From IMG/VR virus record IMGVR_UViG_3300034418_009100: DNA of 64,000 nucleotides; one strand, 5' to 3'. A model generated the notes under the pieces. It was not told the origin of the DNA. It ran no database searches and saw only the letters and a program-made list of their open reading frames with translations. Every line of letters starts with the position of its first letter. The stretch's first letter is position 1. Origin of the DNA: an uncultured virus (IMG/VR IMGVR_UViG_3300034418_009100). Taxonomy: Duplodnaviria; Heunggongvirae; Uroviricota; Caudoviricetes. Positions 10,809 to 21,703 of this stretch are shown piece after piece. The translations under genes and the position numbers were made by a program.

Positions 10809-11318
10809 ATGACTAAGAAATTAGAAGAACTGTTTAATCTGCCTGAGCCTGAAGACAACGAGCCTGAGCAAACTGTTAGCCCAGAAGAAGCCCGTGCAGC
10901 CATAGAGGCTAATCGCAGCGAACTTGCAGACATAGACACTGCTATCGACAAAATTGACCAAGCACTGCCCACAGTAAGAGACCTAAGTGCCAGCGACCAA
11001 GAGATGGACGAACTGGCAGAATTAGCCAAAGACAAGTTCAATGATCTTATGGATTTGGGTATGAACATGGAAGCACGTTTTAGCGGCACAGTGTTTCAAA
11101 CTGCTGGCACATTGTTGGGGCATGCTATCACAGCCAAGCAGGCCAAGTTGGATAAAAAACTGCGTATGGTGGATTTGCAGTTGAAAAAAATGCGGTTGGA
11201 CCATCAGATTAAGAAAGATCAGCAGTCAGGAGACGTGCCAGAACACGTTGAAGGGCAAGGAGTAGTGCTTGATAGAAATGCACTCTTGGCTGAAATTTTG
11301 AATAAACCCCGGCATTAA
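10809..11318 (+). CDS. helical protein, possible terminase small subunit
   Basis: coiled-coil character, DRNALL C-terminus, located in the packaging region; TAAATA at 10798. Confidence 0.4.
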   Translation: MTKKLEELFNLPEPEDNEPEQTVSPEEARAAIEANRSELADIDTAIDKIDQALPTVRDLSASDQEMDELAELAKDKFNDLMDLGMNMEARFSGTVFQTAGTLLGHAITAKQAKLDKKLRMVDLQLKKMRLDHQIKKDQQSGDVPEHVEGQGVVLDRNALLAEILNKPRH

Positions 11319-11357
11319 TTAGTCAAAAACGCTAAATATCGTATAATAGGAACAATT

Positions 11358-11975
11358 ATGAAAAGTTTTAAAGCCTATCTAACAGAATCAACACGCACCT
11401 ATGATTTTAAAGTGCGTATTGCAGGCGACCTTACAACAGAAGATGTTGATAAGATTAAAGTTGCACTTGAACAGTACAAAGTTGTCAGTGTAAGCAAACC
11501 AAAAAGTTCTCCAATTCACGAAACAGAACTATTTCCCAACATGGGCCCTGTGGCTATTAATGTAATGGAAGTCAGTGTTGCTTATCCTGCAAGAGATGAC
11601 ATGATCCGTGCAGTCATTAACACAGGTGCTGGCATCAGCGCAGACAGAATTCGTGTTAACGGTCCTGACGGTGCTTTTGAAAGCATGCTGGCAGGCACAG
11701 AGCAGAGCAATCAACCAACAGATGCTCCAGTGCTTGAAACACCAGACATGAAAGCAGCCGAAGTACCCAAAGACTTTACTGGCGATGCACGTATCCCTAG
11801 TTTGATTAAGGAACTAGAAGAAACAAAGAAATATGAATATCCCGAAGCAGCAGGCGGTGACACACCTGCAGCACAAACCACTAACGAGTTGCCAGTGGGT
11901 GAACTTAGTGCAATGGGCAGTACAAAACCAAATATACCTGACCCAATGAAAATGAAAGCAGGTAACGGAAAGTAA
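11358..11975 (+). CDS. putative internal head protein
   Basis: MKSFKAYLTE N-terminus resembling the T4 capsid-targeting sequence; TAAATA at 11333. Confidence 0.55.
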   Translation: MKSFKAYLTESTRTYDFKVRIAGDLTTEDVDKIKVALEQYKVVSVSKPKSSPIHETELFPNMGPVAINVMEVSVAYPARDDMIRAVINTGAGISADRIRVNGPDGAFESMLAGTEQSNQPTDAPVLETPDMKAAEVPKDFTGDARIPSLIKELEETKKYEYPEAAGGDTPAAQTTNELPVGELSAMGSTKPNIPDPMKMKAGNGK

Positions 11976-11979
11976 AACT

Positions 11980-14166
11980 ATGAGCAGCAACATCTATGAC
12001 ATCTTAAACAAGTTTAGCAGTTTAGAACAGCAACCTGAACCTAAGGTAGAACAAAAACCTCAAGTAAAATCTAAATTGCAAGAAAGCATTGATAGCCTAA
12101 GTGAAAAATGGGCAGGAGATGCAGAAGTCAAACAAACAGGACAGTATGCAGACAAAACTACTGGCGAACTTAAAAAGATGTTAGGTAGTTTGCACAAAAG
12201 TGGTCCACACAAGCGTGGTAGTGCAGAAGACAAAAAACAAAAACAAATTAACTTTGCCTTAAGAGCCAAAGGTGGTTGGAAAAAAGGTGAAGGCGCTGCA
12301 ATGAAAGAAGAAGGTGTGGCGGAAGGCAGTGGAGACAAACCCATTGAGCAAATGAGCCGTAGTGAATTGATAGATTATTTAGGTATGAGCAGAGAAGATG
12401 CTGCTGACATGACCAACAATGATTTGCGTGACATGGCCAATGACCAAGCAGGTGACTACGATGAAGATGACGGTCAACCAAGTTCCTACGAAGAGTATCA
12501 AGACTTGCATGGCGGTGACGATTCTGACTACGGTGACTTAGATGAAAAAGCACCTCCCGGCGCAAAAGCAGAGCGTATGGTCAAGCATATTAAAGCAGGC
12601 TATGCCAAAGACGGTAAACTAACAGACAAAGAACGCAGTATCGCTTATGCTACTGCATGGAAAGCACACAAAGCCGGTAAAGTAGAAGAAGCAGTTCAAG
12701 CACTACGTACTCTTGTTGATGCTGGTATGACACAACAACAGATCACAGAAGGCTGGGATGACATGCTCAAGGCTGTTGAGAAAAAGCACCGGCAGGATAA
12801 AGAAGAAAAAGGTACTGGCAAGTTTGATAAAAAGAAAATATCAACAGGTACAGTATACACACGCAAGTATGATGCTGATGGCATGAGCAACACAGATGAT
12901 GAAGTCAAACCAGAAGGTGAAAAACGTAAGCGTGGACGTCCTAAGAAGAATGCTTTTGAAAGCAAGTCTACTGCGGAAAAAATGATTGCTGAAGCATACA
13001 CTGCAGAAGGTGGTCCGCAACTTGTAGACATTCCTGCTTATCAGCGTAAAGCCTCAGGACAAAACTTTCCAATAGAAATTGCTGACTTAGAACCCAAAGG
13101 TGTAATCAGCAGCAAGCAAGGCTTAGCAGACTTAAAAGATAAATTAGGCATGCAAGAAGAAGACGAAGTCAGTGCCCGTGAGCCAGAGGACATGAAAGAA
13201 GACAGTCAACTGTCTTATGAACAGGATCTGCTAAAAAAGGGTGTTGGCGATCAAATGTACAACGAAATCGAAGCAGGCATGCAAGATTCGAACTTTAATT
13301 TAACAGCCAATGAACCTTTGTATCATGCACTGTATGATTATTATACAGACAATGGCGAAATGCCCTACGATGTAGCAAAAGCACGTACAGGTACTCCTGA
13401 TGAGTGGATCATAAACAAAATGCAGGAACTGTTTGGCAACACAGACCAAGAACAACAAAGACCAGAGGACAGCAACATGGATAAAGAACTAGAAGAAATG
13501 ATGAGACTTGCCGGCATGCAAGTAGAAACAAAAATGTCAGAAGATGACATGGAAGAAGGCAATAAATTTTCAGGCGAATTAGAAAAAGCCAAATCTGCTG
13601 GCAAAAAAGAATTTGAAGTCGACGGAAAAACTTACAAAGTTACCGAAGGCGAAGAATGCCCAAAGTGCCATTGCGATCCTTGCGAGTGTGATGACGAAGA
13701 CAAAGACAAAGTTGACGAGTGCGGTCCGGGATATGAAATGGATCAGGGCCAAGAAGGTCGCATGAACGTCAGCACTAACATGAGCAGCGACGGCAACAAG
13801 AGTGTTACTATTACTGCTGATGGTGAAGCCGCAGAAGAACTAATGCAGATGTTAGCACTTGCTGGTATGAAAGCCAAGCAGCCAATGCCACAAGAAGAAA
13901 ACGTACATCAGCAAATGGCTGCAGTTGAGGAAGAAAAAGATCCTCGCTATCAGGCAAATACAACTCCTGAAGAGGAAGTTATGCCTGTACAAACACAGAC
14001 CAAAGGTGGCAACGGTGAAGTAGCAGGACAAGAGAAAAAGATGCACAAAGACGGCGCTGCAAGATTTAGTGACAACCCACTTGCAATGAAAGAAGAAGTT
14101 GAAGATCTCGGCAACATGGGCATGGATCTAATGAAAGAATACGAAGCACTAAAGGTACAAAAATGA
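11980..14166 (+). CDS. large acidic modular head/scaffold-like protein
   Basis: 728 aa, E/D-rich, many hydrophobic-x-E sites, AT-hook-like KRGRPKK, CPKCHCDPCEC. Confidence 0.6.
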   Translation: MSSNIYDILNKFSSLEQQPEPKVEQKPQVKSKLQESIDSLSEKWAGDAEVKQTGQYADKTTGELKKMLGSLHKSGPHKRGSAEDKKQKQINFALRAKGGWKKGEGAAMKEEGVAEGSGDKPIEQMSRSELIDYLGMSREDAADMTNNDLRDMANDQAGDYDEDDGQPSSYEEYQDLHGGDDSDYGDLDEKAPPGAKAERMVKHIKAGYAKDGKLTDKERSIAYATAWKAHKAGKVEEAVQALRTLVDAGMTQQQITEGWDDMLKAVEKKHRQDKEEKGTGKFDKKKISTGTVYTRKYDADGMSNTDDEVKPEGEKRKRGRPKKNAFESKSTAEKMIAEAYTAEGGPQLVDIPAYQRKASGQNFPIEIADLEPKGVISSKQGLADLKDKLGMQEEDEVSAREPEDMKEDSQLSYEQDLLKKGVGDQMYNEIEAGMQDSNFNLTANEPLYHALYDYYTDNGEMPYDVAKARTGTPDEWIINKMQELFGNTDQEQQRPEDSNMDKELEEMMRLAGMQVETKMSEDDMEEGNKFSGELEKAKSAGKKEFEVDGKTYKVTEGEECPKCHCDPCECDDEDKDKVDECGPGYEMDQGQEGRMNVSTNMSSDGNKSVTITADGEAAEELMQMLALAGMKAKQPMPQEENVHQQMAAVEEEKDPRYQANTTPEEEVMPVQTQTKGGNGEVAGQEKKMHKDGAARFSDNPLAMKEEVEDLGNMGMDLMKEYEALKVQK

Positions 14167-14573
14167 GAGCAACTCAATTCTTAGAATCTATTAGTATTGA
14201 CGACAGTTTTGATATTGAGTTTGACGACTTTGTAATCGAAAGTCGTGTAATAGATTTTATGGATGATGGTGTTGTCGTTGAAGCAGACGAAAAAGCACTG
14301 GTATTGTTGGGTGTAAGCGGTGCCTTGTTAGAAGCAGAATACCAAGGACGCAAAGTACAACTTAACAAACCTATGCAGGGTGATGTTAAGAAGTTTAAAG
14401 TGTATGTAAAGAACCCCAAAGGTAACGTAGTTAAAGTTAACTTTGGTGATCCTAACATGCGTATTAAAAAATCTAATCCCAAACGTCGCAAGAGTTTTAG
14501 AGCAAGACATCACTGCGACACTAATCCAGGACCAAAGCATAAAGCACGCTACTGGTCATGCCGTAAGTGGTAA
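14163..14573 (+). CDS. conserved phage protein with basic C-terminal domain
   Basis: VNFGDPNM..RRKSFRARHHC..ARYWSCRKW motif recalled from large phages; ATGA overlap. Confidence 0.7.
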   Translation: MRATQFLESISIDDSFDIEFDDFVIESRVIDFMDDGVVVEADEKALVLLGVSGALLEAEYQGRKVQLNKPMQGDVKKFKVYVKNPKGNVVKVNFGDPNMRIKKSNPKRRKSFRARHHCDTNPGPKHKARYWSCRKW

Positions 14574-14574
14574 T

Positions 14575-14961
14575 ATGAAAATTAAAGACGTAATTACTGA
14601 AGCAATCGATCAAGCTGATATTACAGCACGTCAGCAAGAAGCCACACGGGGTTTACACAGATTCCAAGACATAAATGCAAGGGATAGAGTGTATGAACTA
14701 TATCGTGTTATGTTGGCAGCAGCCTGCAGCAACGGTGTAGATGAAATACCTGATCATGTAGATCCAGAAAGTTGGGCAGGAAGATTCAATATTGCTGCAC
14801 CACTAACGCAACAAGAACAAGACATGTTAATGGCTGCTTACAAAGCAATGGGCAGTCAGTACACCGACATTAACAAGGGCGACTTGCGTAGTTTGGAATT
14901 GGGTTCTGTAAACAAGAAGAGTCCCGTAGCAAAACCAAAGAAAAACAAATACGGCGTATAA
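14575..14961 (+). CDS. hypothetical, putative head-associated protein
   Basis: ATG at 14575 gives MKIKDVITE; preferred over the track start at 14443. Confidence 0.7.
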   Translation: MKIKDVITEAIDQADITARQQEATRGLHRFQDINARDRVYELYRVMLAAACSNGVDEIPDHVDPESWAGRFNIAAPLTQQEQDMLMAAYKAMGSQYTDINKGDLRSLELGSVNKKSPVAKPKKNKYGV

Positions 14962-15170
14962 TGGACGAAGTACAAGAAATTAAAATGCTGGCAGGCATCG
15001 CTAATCGTCCTCAATGGCAAGAATATACGCCTGTCCATGAAAAGAACATGAGTTACACTGGCACCGAAAAATCTCGACTAATGAAAAAACATAAAATTAA
15101 ACCAGGAACTGATGCCTGGTTTAAACTTTGGTTCTCTAAGCCATATATGACAGGCGAACGTCCTATTTAA
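14961..15170 (+). CDS. hypothetical protein
   Basis: 69 aa, TAATG overlap with the previous gene; IKPGTDAWFKLWF. Confidence 0.7.
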   Translation: MDEVQEIKMLAGIANRPQWQEYTPVHEKNMSYTGTEKSRLMKKHKIKPGTDAWFKLWFSKPYMTGERPI

Positions 15171-15690
15171 CGGGCACAGTCAATCCCAAATATTGATACC
15201 AACTATCGTGCGGCACATGCACTGCTCGCATTTTCCATTTGTTAATTAAATGAAAGTGATCAGGCCTAAACGGTTTCCGCAATGGTTTCCAATTCTTAGT
15301 GCCTTTTTTATGATTGCAGGGCTTGCAAGCAGTTACACAGTTTTCCCAGACAGTTTTCCCACCTTCTGCTCTGGGTACCACATGGTCAATAGTTAGTTCT
15401 TTTGCTTCAAACGTATCTGAACAATATTGGCATTGATACAAATCACGCAAAAATACATTTGAGCGACTGAACTTTGCAGCCTTTTTAAACTTAAAATAAT
15501 CTTTGGTAACGCAGACAGCAGGAACCTTCATAGTTATGTATTCACTGTGAATATCCCAGTCTTCGTATTCTTCTAAAATTGTTACTCTATCCAAAAAATA
15601 AAGTTTGATAGCGTGTTGCCAACTAACGACACTTAGGGGTAGTACACTAATTGGATTGTAATCGCTGTTTAATAGTAGCGTAGTTGACAA
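15163..15690 (-). CDS. HNH endonuclease (McrA/HNH_5 type)
   Basis: LLLN.DY.P, FSRSNVFLRD..CQYC, TIDHVVP..GG..WENCVTACKPCN.KKG. Confidence 0.9.
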   Translation of the reverse strand: MSTTLLLNSDYNPISVLPLSVVSWQHAIKLYFLDRVTILEEYEDWDIHSEYITMKVPAVCVTKDYFKFKKAAKFSRSNVFLRDLYQCQYCSDTFEAKELTIDHVVPRAEGGKTVWENCVTACKPCNHKKGTKNWKPLRKPFRPDHFHLINKWKMRAVHVPHDSWYQYLGLTVPVK

Positions 15691-15758
15691 TTAAAACCTC
15701 ATGGGGTTAGTTCATAAATATCTATTATATAGTATTTACTAACAAAGAGCAAGCAGAT

Positions 15759-17324
15759 ATGGCAAAAAGTTTGGAAGTTGTTTTAATCAAAAAACCAAAC
15801 AGTGTTGAGTCCTATACAGAACAGCAGATACGAGAAATTGCACGATGTGCTGATCCTGCAACAGGACCACAGTATTTTCTTGACAACTATTTTTACATAC
15901 AACATCCAACCCGCGGTAGAATGTTGTATAAGCCTTTTGAATATCAAAAAAGATTGGTAGACACTTATCACGGTTTTAGATACAGTATTAGTTTGATGCC
16001 TAGGCAAACTGGAAAATCAACAACTGCTGCTGGCTACTTGCTTTGGTATGCCATGTTTGTGCCCGACAGTACTATTTTGGTAGCGGCACATAAGTACACA
16101 GGCTCACAGGAAATTATGCAACGTATTCGTTATGGATATGAGAGCGTGCCAGACTTTATACGTGCAGGTGTTACTAGTTATAACAAAGGCAGCATAGATT
16201 TTGACAACGGATCTCGTATTGTAAGTGCAACAACTACAGAAAATACAGGACGTGGTATGAGTATTTCCTTACTGTACTGCGACGAGTTTGCGTTTGTGAG
16301 ACCCAGCATTGCCAAAGAGTTTTGGACATCCATTAGTCCCACACTGGCCACAGGTGGTAAATGTATCATTACCAGCACGCCAAACAGTGACGAAGACCAA
16401 TTTGCACTTATTTGGAGACAGGCAAACAAATGCCTGGACGAATACGGCAATGAAACAGAATTAGGCATTAATGGATTCAAAGCATTCAGGAGTCGTTGGC
16501 AAGAACATCCTGACAGAGATGAAAAGTGGGAGATAGAACAACGAGCACAGTTAGGCGAAGAGAGATTCAGACGTGAAATGGAATGCGAGTTTATTATCTT
16601 TGATGAAACACTGATTAATCCTATCGTACTAACTGAAATGGCTGGTATAGAACCTTTGGAAAAACAAGGACAGGTTCGTTGGTATAAGCAACCAGAACGA
16701 GGTAAAACTTATGTAGTGAGTTTAGACCCGAGTTTAGGCACGGGCGGGGACTATGCTGCCATGCAGGTGCTTGAATTGCCTACGATGAAACAGGTAGCAG
16801 AATGGCAACACAATAAAACTCCTATACAGCAACAGGTAAAAATATTGGCAGAAATTACCAAAACACTAGTGGAAACTGCTGGCACAGACAATGACGTTTA
16901 CTATAGTGTTGAAAACAACACCATCGGCGAAGCAACTCTGGTGGCTATTGCTGAATATGGTGAAGAAAATATCAGAGGTATATTCCTTAGTGAACCTGTA
17001 AAAGCAGGCGCAGCCCGTAGATACAGAAAAGGCTTTAATACCACAAACAGAAATAAATTGGCTGCTTGCGCTAAACTAAAAAATCTTGTGGAAAGCAAAA
17101 AAATCTTTTTGGCTAGTAAATCATTAGTAAGCGAACTTAAAGTGTTTGTGGCATCGGGCAGCGGATTTGCAGCCAAAATAGGCGAACATGACGACTTAGT
17201 TATGGCACTACTGTTAGCAGTAAGAATGGCTACGTTTTTACGTGAGTTTGACCCCAATTTAGACGATAAACTAAAAGATGCCAGTGAAGAACTTCTAATG
17301 CCTATGCCCTTTGTAATGAGTTAA
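15759..17324 (+). CDS. terminase large subunit (T4 gp17-like)
   Basis: PRQTGKST Walker A, LLYCDEFAF Walker B, TSTPN, LDP..G.GGDY, HDDLVMA. Confidence 0.97.
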   Translation: MAKSLEVVLIKKPNSVESYTEQQIREIARCADPATGPQYFLDNYFYIQHPTRGRMLYKPFEYQKRLVDTYHGFRYSISLMPRQTGKSTTAAGYLLWYAMFVPDSTILVAAHKYTGSQEIMQRIRYGYESVPDFIRAGVTSYNKGSIDFDNGSRIVSATTTENTGRGMSISLLYCDEFAFVRPSIAKEFWTSISPTLATGGKCIITSTPNSDEDQFALIWRQANKCLDEYGNETELGINGFKAFRSRWQEHPDRDEKWEIEQRAQLGEERFRREMECEFIIFDETLINPIVLTEMAGIEPLEKQGQVRWYKQPERGKTYVVSLDPSLGTGGDYAAMQVLELPTMKQVAEWQHNKTPIQQQVKILAEITKTLVETAGTDNDVYYSVENNTIGEATLVAIAEYGEENIRGIFLSEPVKAGAARRYRKGFNTTNRNKLAACAKLKNLVESKKIFLASKSLVSELKVFVASGSGFAAKIGEHDDLVMALLLAVRMATFLREFDPNLDDKLKDASEELLMPMPFVMS

Positions 17325-17339
17325 CATAAATACTAAACC

Positions 17340-18725
17340 ATGCTTGAAATAGAAAAAGTCTCAGAAAATTTATTTGATAAGATTCGTAGCCGTTTTACCA
17401 ATATTAATATTGGAGACGAAAACGCCAAGGCTACAGTCGACCCTACTAAGGCACGATTTTTTAACTTTGACTTTACATACAACGGTGAAAATTATGGCAA
17501 CATAACATTCAGTTTAGTAGATGAACAGGCAATTAAGGTATATTTTGATCAAGAGATAGACAAAGGCATGGACGCTGAGACACGTCAAGCATGGTACAGT
17601 TTTCTTAAGGACATCAGACTGTTTGCAAAAAGACACATGATGACTTTTGACATCAGAGATATAGCAAAATCAGGCTTAAACATAGCAGACCTAAAACACG
17701 CAAACAAAGACGCTGAAGTCTATGACGCAGGCGATATTCAAGTAACCGAAGGCAAACTTTATGGCACAACTCGCAGTTCCTATCAAAAGATGGAAAGTGT
17801 GAGAATCATAGCAAGGCATTCCAAGCCAGTGGACGAACAACAGCTCGGTGCAAGAGCACGAAATATTAGGGCACTCTACATTGAGAATTCTGAAGGCGAA
17901 CGTTTTAAATTACCCGAAGGCACCACACTAAATGGCGCAAGAGCATATGCCAGACACGTTATGAACGGCGGACAAGTGCATGACGAGTTCGGACAGCATA
18001 TTGGTCAGATGATCAAAGAGCTAACTGATCTTAAGTTGTTCGCACGTAATTGTCGTGGCAGAACTTTTGAGGATGCCGAAACTATGGCTATGGTTGAAGC
18101 AGCAGTTGATCATTATGGCACATTGCACCGAGACTTATTTTCTCTCAGAGGACAAAAAGGCTACACAAACTACAAAGAATCATGGACAGCAACAGAAAGT
18201 TTAGACAACGTTGACCTAGAAGCACTGAAAGAAAAGTTCACACGCAAAGTGTTTGACGAGCGTTTAATGGATGCACTGCCTGTTGTACAGCGTGCCTATG
18301 AAGAACGTAAGAACAGAGTAGGCGAAGAATTTGAGCAGTGGGCCAACAGTGTTATTGAAGAAGATGACGATGACAGTGTGTTTGCCAATTCACCCAACCC
18401 AGAACAAAGTGACTTTGATTTCAGCGGTGGTGATGCTGTGTTAGACAAACTGTTTACAGAAAATGGATTCCAATTCAAATTTCTAGACGGCAAGTACTAC
18501 TTCGAAAGCAATCAAGAAGTAGAACGTGCCAGAGACATTATTGCTGCTTACAATCCCAAAATGAAATTCCCGCCCATGGCTGTTTACAATTATGGCTACG
18601 GCACATATGGCAGTACCACAAACGATTACGAAACTGGTACCTACAGTTCTTTGGGAATGGAAGAAAGCGTACAAGAATCAGAAGATTTGAGTTTCCTCAA
18701 ACGTTTGGCAGGTTTAGCCAAATAA
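17340..18725 (+). CDS. hypothetical late protein
   Basis: 461-aa ORF after TAAATA at 17327; ends FLKRLAGLAK. Confidence 0.75.
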   Translation: MLEIEKVSENLFDKIRSRFTNINIGDENAKATVDPTKARFFNFDFTYNGENYGNITFSLVDEQAIKVYFDQEIDKGMDAETRQAWYSFLKDIRLFAKRHMMTFDIRDIAKSGLNIADLKHANKDAEVYDAGDIQVTEGKLYGTTRSSYQKMESVRIIARHSKPVDEQQLGARARNIRALYIENSEGERFKLPEGTTLNGARAYARHVMNGGQVHDEFGQHIGQMIKELTDLKLFARNCRGRTFEDAETMAMVEAAVDHYGTLHRDLFSLRGQKGYTNYKESWTATESLDNVDLEALKEKFTRKVFDERLMDALPVVQRAYEERKNRVGEEFEQWANSVIEEDDDDSVFANSPNPEQSDFDFSGGDAVLDKLFTENGFQFKFLDGKYYFESNQEVERARDIIAAYNPKMKFPPMAVYNYGYGTYGSTTNDYETGTYSSLGMEESVQESEDLSFLKRLAGLAK

Positions 18726-18789
18726 TTTGACGTTGCTCAAAAAGCACAGTAAACTACCGCTGTGCTTAAGAAAAAATTTACTTTTCCAG

Positions 18790-18819
18790 TTGACAGACTA
18801 AATACATTTGTTATACACT
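18790..18819 (+). promoter_or_regulatory. overlapping sigma70-type and late promoters for the SSB gene
   Basis: TTGACA-18 bp-TACACT with TAAATA (18799-18804) in the spacer. Confidence 0.55.
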
Positions 18820-18882
18820 TGCAAGGTGCAGTTGTATATCTAGGCACAACAAAGACCATCTTAAACATAAAGGAAAATTATC

Positions 18883-19857
18883 ATGGCAACATCTTTAGCA
18901 GAAATTAGAGCAAAGCTCGCAAGTCAAGAAAACCGCGGTAGCGGTAACACAATGGGCGGTGACAATGGCATTTATGCACATTGGAACATTCAAGAAGGTA
19001 CTACAGCCCGAGTACGTTTCCTCCCCGACGCAAACACCAAAAACACTTTCTTTTGGGTTGAACGACTAATGATTCGTTTGCCTTTTGCAGGCGTTAAAGG
19101 TCAGGTAGACAGCAAACCCACAGTGGTACAGGTACCCTGTGTAGAAATGTATGGTGACGCCTGTCCGGTTTTGGCAGAAGTACGTACTTGGTTTAAAGAC
19201 CCCAGTTTGGAAGACATGGGACGTAAGTATTGGAAAAAGAAAAGTTATCTTTTCCAAGGCTTTGTCCGTGACAATCCAATGGCAGAAGACAAGACTCCGG
19301 AAAATCCAATCCGTCGTTTTGTTATCAGTCCGCAGATTTTTAACTTGGTTAAAAACGCACTGATGGATCCAGAACTGGAAAACTTGCCCACTGACTACGA
19401 AGGCGGATTAGACTTTAACATCAAGAAAACTAGCAAAGGTGGTTATGCTGATTACAGCACCAGTACATGGGCTCGTAAAGAGTCTGCACTAACGCAAGAT
19501 GAATTGCAAGCAATTGAACAGTATGGACTATACAACTTGGGAGACTTCTTACCCAAGAAACCCAGCGACGCAGAGTTGAAGATCATCAAAGAAATGTTTG
19601 AAGCCAGTGTTAATGGCGAAGCATATGATGCAGAACGCTGGGGTGCATACTACAAGCCTGCAGGGTTCCAAACTTCCACAGCAGACAGTGCACCACGTAC
19701 CGAAAGTGCTCCTGCACCTGCACCTCGTCCTGCGCCTGTAGTAGAAGATGTAGAAGAAGAAGCAAGTGAGCCAGTCGCATCGGCTCCAGTAGAAGCCAAA
19801 CCCTCCAGCCAACGTGCTGAAGACATTTTGGCAATGATTCGTAACCGTCAAAAGTGA
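18883..19857 (+). CDS. single-stranded DNA-binding protein (T4 gp32-like)
   Basis: VRFLPD, CVEMYGDACPV, YWKKKSY, GGYADYSTS motifs; acidic/Pro-rich tail. Confidence 0.9.
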   Translation: MATSLAEIRAKLASQENRGSGNTMGGDNGIYAHWNIQEGTTARVRFLPDANTKNTFFWVERLMIRLPFAGVKGQVDSKPTVVQVPCVEMYGDACPVLAEVRTWFKDPSLEDMGRKYWKKKSYLFQGFVRDNPMAEDKTPENPIRRFVISPQIFNLVKNALMDPELENLPTDYEGGLDFNIKKTSKGGYADYSTSTWARKESALTQDELQAIEQYGLYNLGDFLPKKPSDAELKIIKEMFEASVNGEAYDAERWGAYYKPAGFQTSTADSAPRTESAPAPAPRPAPVVEDVEEEASEPVASAPVEAKPSSQRAEDILAMIRNRQK

Positions 19858-19881
19858 TCTAGTAGTCGCTTGTGTCAATTC

Positions 19882-19908
19882 AGTAGGGGAGACGGTCCCC
19901 TACTTTTT
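19882..19908 (+). terminator. intrinsic terminator
   Basis: AGTAGGGGA/TCCCCTACT stem followed by a T run. Confidence 0.8.
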
Positions 19909-19914
19909 ATATCT

Positions 19915-20760
19915 ATGAATCATTCCCCGTTTATTATTACTCGATTCACACACGGATCTGCTGGTAAATTTTTAAGTACTTTATTGCAAACAAGTGATTC
20001 TGTTGATCACTGGTCTGAAACAATTCAAAAAAATAAAACTAATAGAGTGCTGACTCATGGCATTACACTTGAATATGTTCGAAGAAGTTTTCCAGAAAAT
20101 CATTCTTTACATTTGCGAAATGAACCGATGGTTCCTTACAATACAGAATTGTACAGTGCAGGCTTTGAAAGAGGAAATAATGTATCATATGAGGACTATA
20201 TAAATTATGCAGTTGTAAATAATGATACTCGTTGTTTAGGATCGATAAAGAATAATTTATTTTTAAATATTATTTTTCATAAACCTATTATCCCTAATTT
20301 TTGTCATGGTGCAAAGGTTATTACTATTTTAACAACATCTGAGTATGAACAAACGTGGGTTAAACGTGCGTTGCAACAAAAACATTTTTTAGAAACTGAG
20401 GATTCTATCCTATACATTCCGAATTCGCCTATGCACTGTAATTTTTCATCTTTGCCTGTTGTGTTACAATATCAAAATAAATTTAAGTTTAGTAAATCTG
20501 AAAAACAATTGTTAATCGATACAATAAATTCTAGTTATAAAAACCGAGATTGGTACACAAATTCTAACAGGTTCTCCGAATTTGACAAGTCATTGAATTT
20601 AGATAATCAATTTATAGATTTGTCTGATATATTAAACATAGAAAAATTAATACCAAAGTTAAGTTTTATTTTTAATTATTTTAAACTAGGTAAAATTGAT
20701 GAAAAATTAATTAGAGACATGCATAAAATTTATTCTAAACATCATGAAACTTTTCGCTAA
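19915..20760 (+). CDS. AT-rich accessory protein, possibly sulfotransferase/P-loop-like
   Basis: ATG at 19915; FTHGSAGKFL N-terminal motif; visibly AT-rich. Confidence 0.5.
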   Translation: MNHSPFIITRFTHGSAGKFLSTLLQTSDSVDHWSETIQKNKTNRVLTHGITLEYVRRSFPENHSLHLRNEPMVPYNTELYSAGFERGNNVSYEDYINYAVVNNDTRCLGSIKNNLFLNIIFHKPIIPNFCHGAKVITILTTSEYEQTWVKRALQQKHFLETEDSILYIPNSPMHCNFSSLPVVLQYQNKFKFSKSEKQLLIDTINSSYKNRDWYTNSNRFSEFDKSLNLDNQFIDLSDILNIEKLIPKLSFIFNYFKLGKIDEKLIRDMHKIYSKHHETFR

Positions 20761-21703
20761 AGATTATTCAAACATTTTGAATAATAAAATTGATTTTAGT
20801 AGCCATACTGTACAGTTAGTAGATCATTTGGGGGGATTTGACAAAAATAATGAAAATTTAATATTGAATTATTTAAATGATTGTAATATCAAGAATAAAT
20901 TTAAAATTATGTACATAACCGATGACTTTAATGAAAGGTATCGGAATTTAGATATAAATTTTTCTGTAGATTTACAAAATAGATTGAATCTTCGACATTT
21001 TAAAAAATACAAAAATCACCCGGCAGTAAAAATTGAAAATTTTTTATGTAGTTTTAACGGTTCAGACCATGTAAGCAGACGACTACTAACGGCTATTCTT
21101 TATAAATTTGGATATTTTAAAAAAAACTATTGTAGTAAAAATTTTGTTTACTCATTAGATCAACTAGAAGGCTATATATTTGGTTATTGCAAAGACCGCG
21201 AACAATTTTATAGAAAGTTTTTTTTATCCGAAAGTTTTGATACTTTCAATGAAACAATCTATTCTTTCGGTCACATACGGTACGATCATAGAAATAACAT
21301 CTATAATTTAGAAAATAAACTAACTAAAAGTTTTATTCATATAGTAAGCGAAACATTGGCTACAAGTTATTATCCGTTTGTAACTGAAAAATTTTTGTAT
21401 AGCATCGTTACTAGAGGATTGTTTTTATCATATGCACAACCAGATTGGCACCGACACATAGAAAAATATTATGGGTTTAAATTATACACAAAATTATTTG
21501 ATTATAGATTTGACAGTATAAAAAACCCAGTAGAAAGATTGGTCGAATTAGTGACTATGATTTCGAAATTTTCAAAACTAAACAATGATGAACTGTATGA
21601 TATGTATTTGATGGAGTTAGATACTATAGAATTCAACTATGATCATTATTTTAGTGGTCGTTACTTGGAACAATTAAAACAGCATACCAACACATTTATT
21701 TGA
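20744..21703 (+). CDS. AT-rich accessory protein, glycosyltransferase-like
   Basis: FIHIVSET..FVTEKF, GFKLY..FDY.FD motif shared with 29149..30240. Confidence 0.5.
   Translation: MKLFAKDYSNILNNKIDFSSHTVQLVDHLGGFDKNNENLILNYLNDCNIKNKFKIMYITDDFNERYRNLDINFSVDLQNRLNLRHFKKYKNHPAVKIENFLCSFNGSDHVSRRLLTAILYKFGYFKKNYCSKNFVYSLDQLEGYIFGYCKDREQFYRKFFLSESFDTFNETIYSFGHIRYDHRNNIYNLENKLTKSFIHIVSETLATSYYPFVTEKFLYSIVTRGLFLSYAQPDWHRHIEKYYGFKLYTKLFDYRFDSIKNPVERLVELVTMISKFSKLNNDELYDMYLMELDTIEFNYDHYFSGRYLEQLKQHTNTFI

Noticed and set aside
15163..15690. HNH gene as a mobile homing element
   Set aside because: It resembles free-standing McrA-like HNH proteins, with no flanking intron or insertion signature; mobility cannot be shown.
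15759..17324. Intein or intron in terminase (also considered for UvsX and the helicases)
   Set aside because: Lengths and motif spacing are normal and no splicing motifs are visible.
18742..18767. AAGCACAG/CTGTGCTT hairpin resembling the cassette stem core
   Set aside because: Only 8 bp with a short loop, no outer arm and no CACAT/GTGTG wobble position; may be a simple terminator-like hairpin.
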